DNA from: Takakia lepidozioides
Taxonomy: Eukaryota; Plantae; Bryophyta
Reading direction: 5' to 3'
Length of the DNA: 64,000 bases
Assembly (NCBI GenBank): GCA_030704615.1
Contig: CM060733.1
Location: forward strand, 27,776,001-27,840,000
In this document: positions 63,442-64,000 of the stretch, piece by piece
Numbering within the stretch: position 1 is the first letter of the stretch
How the letters are laid out: each line of letters opens with the position of its first letter
The notes under the pieces: model-generated
What the model was told of the DNA's origin: nothing
Databases searched by the model: none
What the model saw: only the letters and a program-made list of their open reading frames with translations
Program-made: the position numbers and the translations under genes

Positions 63442-64000
63442 CTATTTAGGAAAGTAGGCCTCAACTACTACTTCCCTTCCTGACACACATGTTGATATGC
63501 TCTCCAACTTGATTAAATCGTTTTCCACACCAAATCCAGGTTTCGTTCTACGTTCCCCGAGAATGGTAGGTGAGATATTAACAACCAATTTATGTGCGAT
63601 TTCTTCCTTCAGAGCTTGTTGGGCCAGAAAGCTTTCAAGTCCTGAAAGATCAGGCCTCCTTGAGTCTAACAGCACAGAGCAAGCACCTCGCTGGTAGCAT
63701 GCATCTAAAACATGGTCAAGACTGAGCTCTTTCATGGTTACTACATCCACCCCCCTTGCACGCAGTCGATACTCCATAGATTGCCCTACTTGTCGACTAT
63801 AGCCTTGAACATCTTCCACTAGTGCGCTTTGATCACTTTTTATGGCTGCAGAGTAGGTTAGGAGTGGGTGGAGAGTGATTTAGTATAATACTTAGGAGAC
63901 TTACCGTAAGCAATCTGTAGCAAGAGGAATTCTCAAGGGTGCGCGCACACACGGAGCGGAAGCTGTGGAGAATCTTGGACGAATGTGAATACATTATATG
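63442..64000 (-). CDS. PYRD: Riboflavin biosynthesis PyrD (RibD family), C-terminal reductase-like domain; gene continues beyond the window
   Basis: RGVDVVTMKELSLDHVLDACYQRGACSVLLDSR..KLVVNISPTILG..VVVEAYF fits the degenerate RibD_C domain of plant PyrD; probable intron 63846-63904. Confidence 0.8.

Overview
Eukaryotic, intron-containing land-plant DNA; a bryophyte-like origin is my inference. The dominant feature is a 16,180-bp Mutator-superfamily transposon (9071-25250). It has a perfect 9-bp TSD (ACTTGGATA), TIRs that run into kb-scale arrays of a TGTAACCC/GGGTTACA motif, a spliced MuDR/SWIM DDE transposase (-) and a convergent ~1440-aa zinc-finger + Ulp1(C48) protease cargo gene (+). The same motif fills the element's introns and intergenic DNA and also part of its coding sequence, which recalls the VANDAL anti-silencing architecture. 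The element sits in one copy of a ~7.5-kb tandem duplication carrying an ankyrin-PGG/TM (ACD6-like) gene, and the other copy keeps the empty site. Also present: a pseudo-catalytic alpha/beta-hydrolase gene head-to-head with ANK copy 1, a LINE RT relic, hAT and Tc1/mariner-type MITEs, a tRNA-like head fused to antisense gene fragments, an orphan 3-exon gene, DCP1, a solo LTR nested in a Gypsy-like relic, a many-exon unknown gene, and the 3' end of PyrD. Exon models were built by eye and family calls come from recalled motifs, not database searches.
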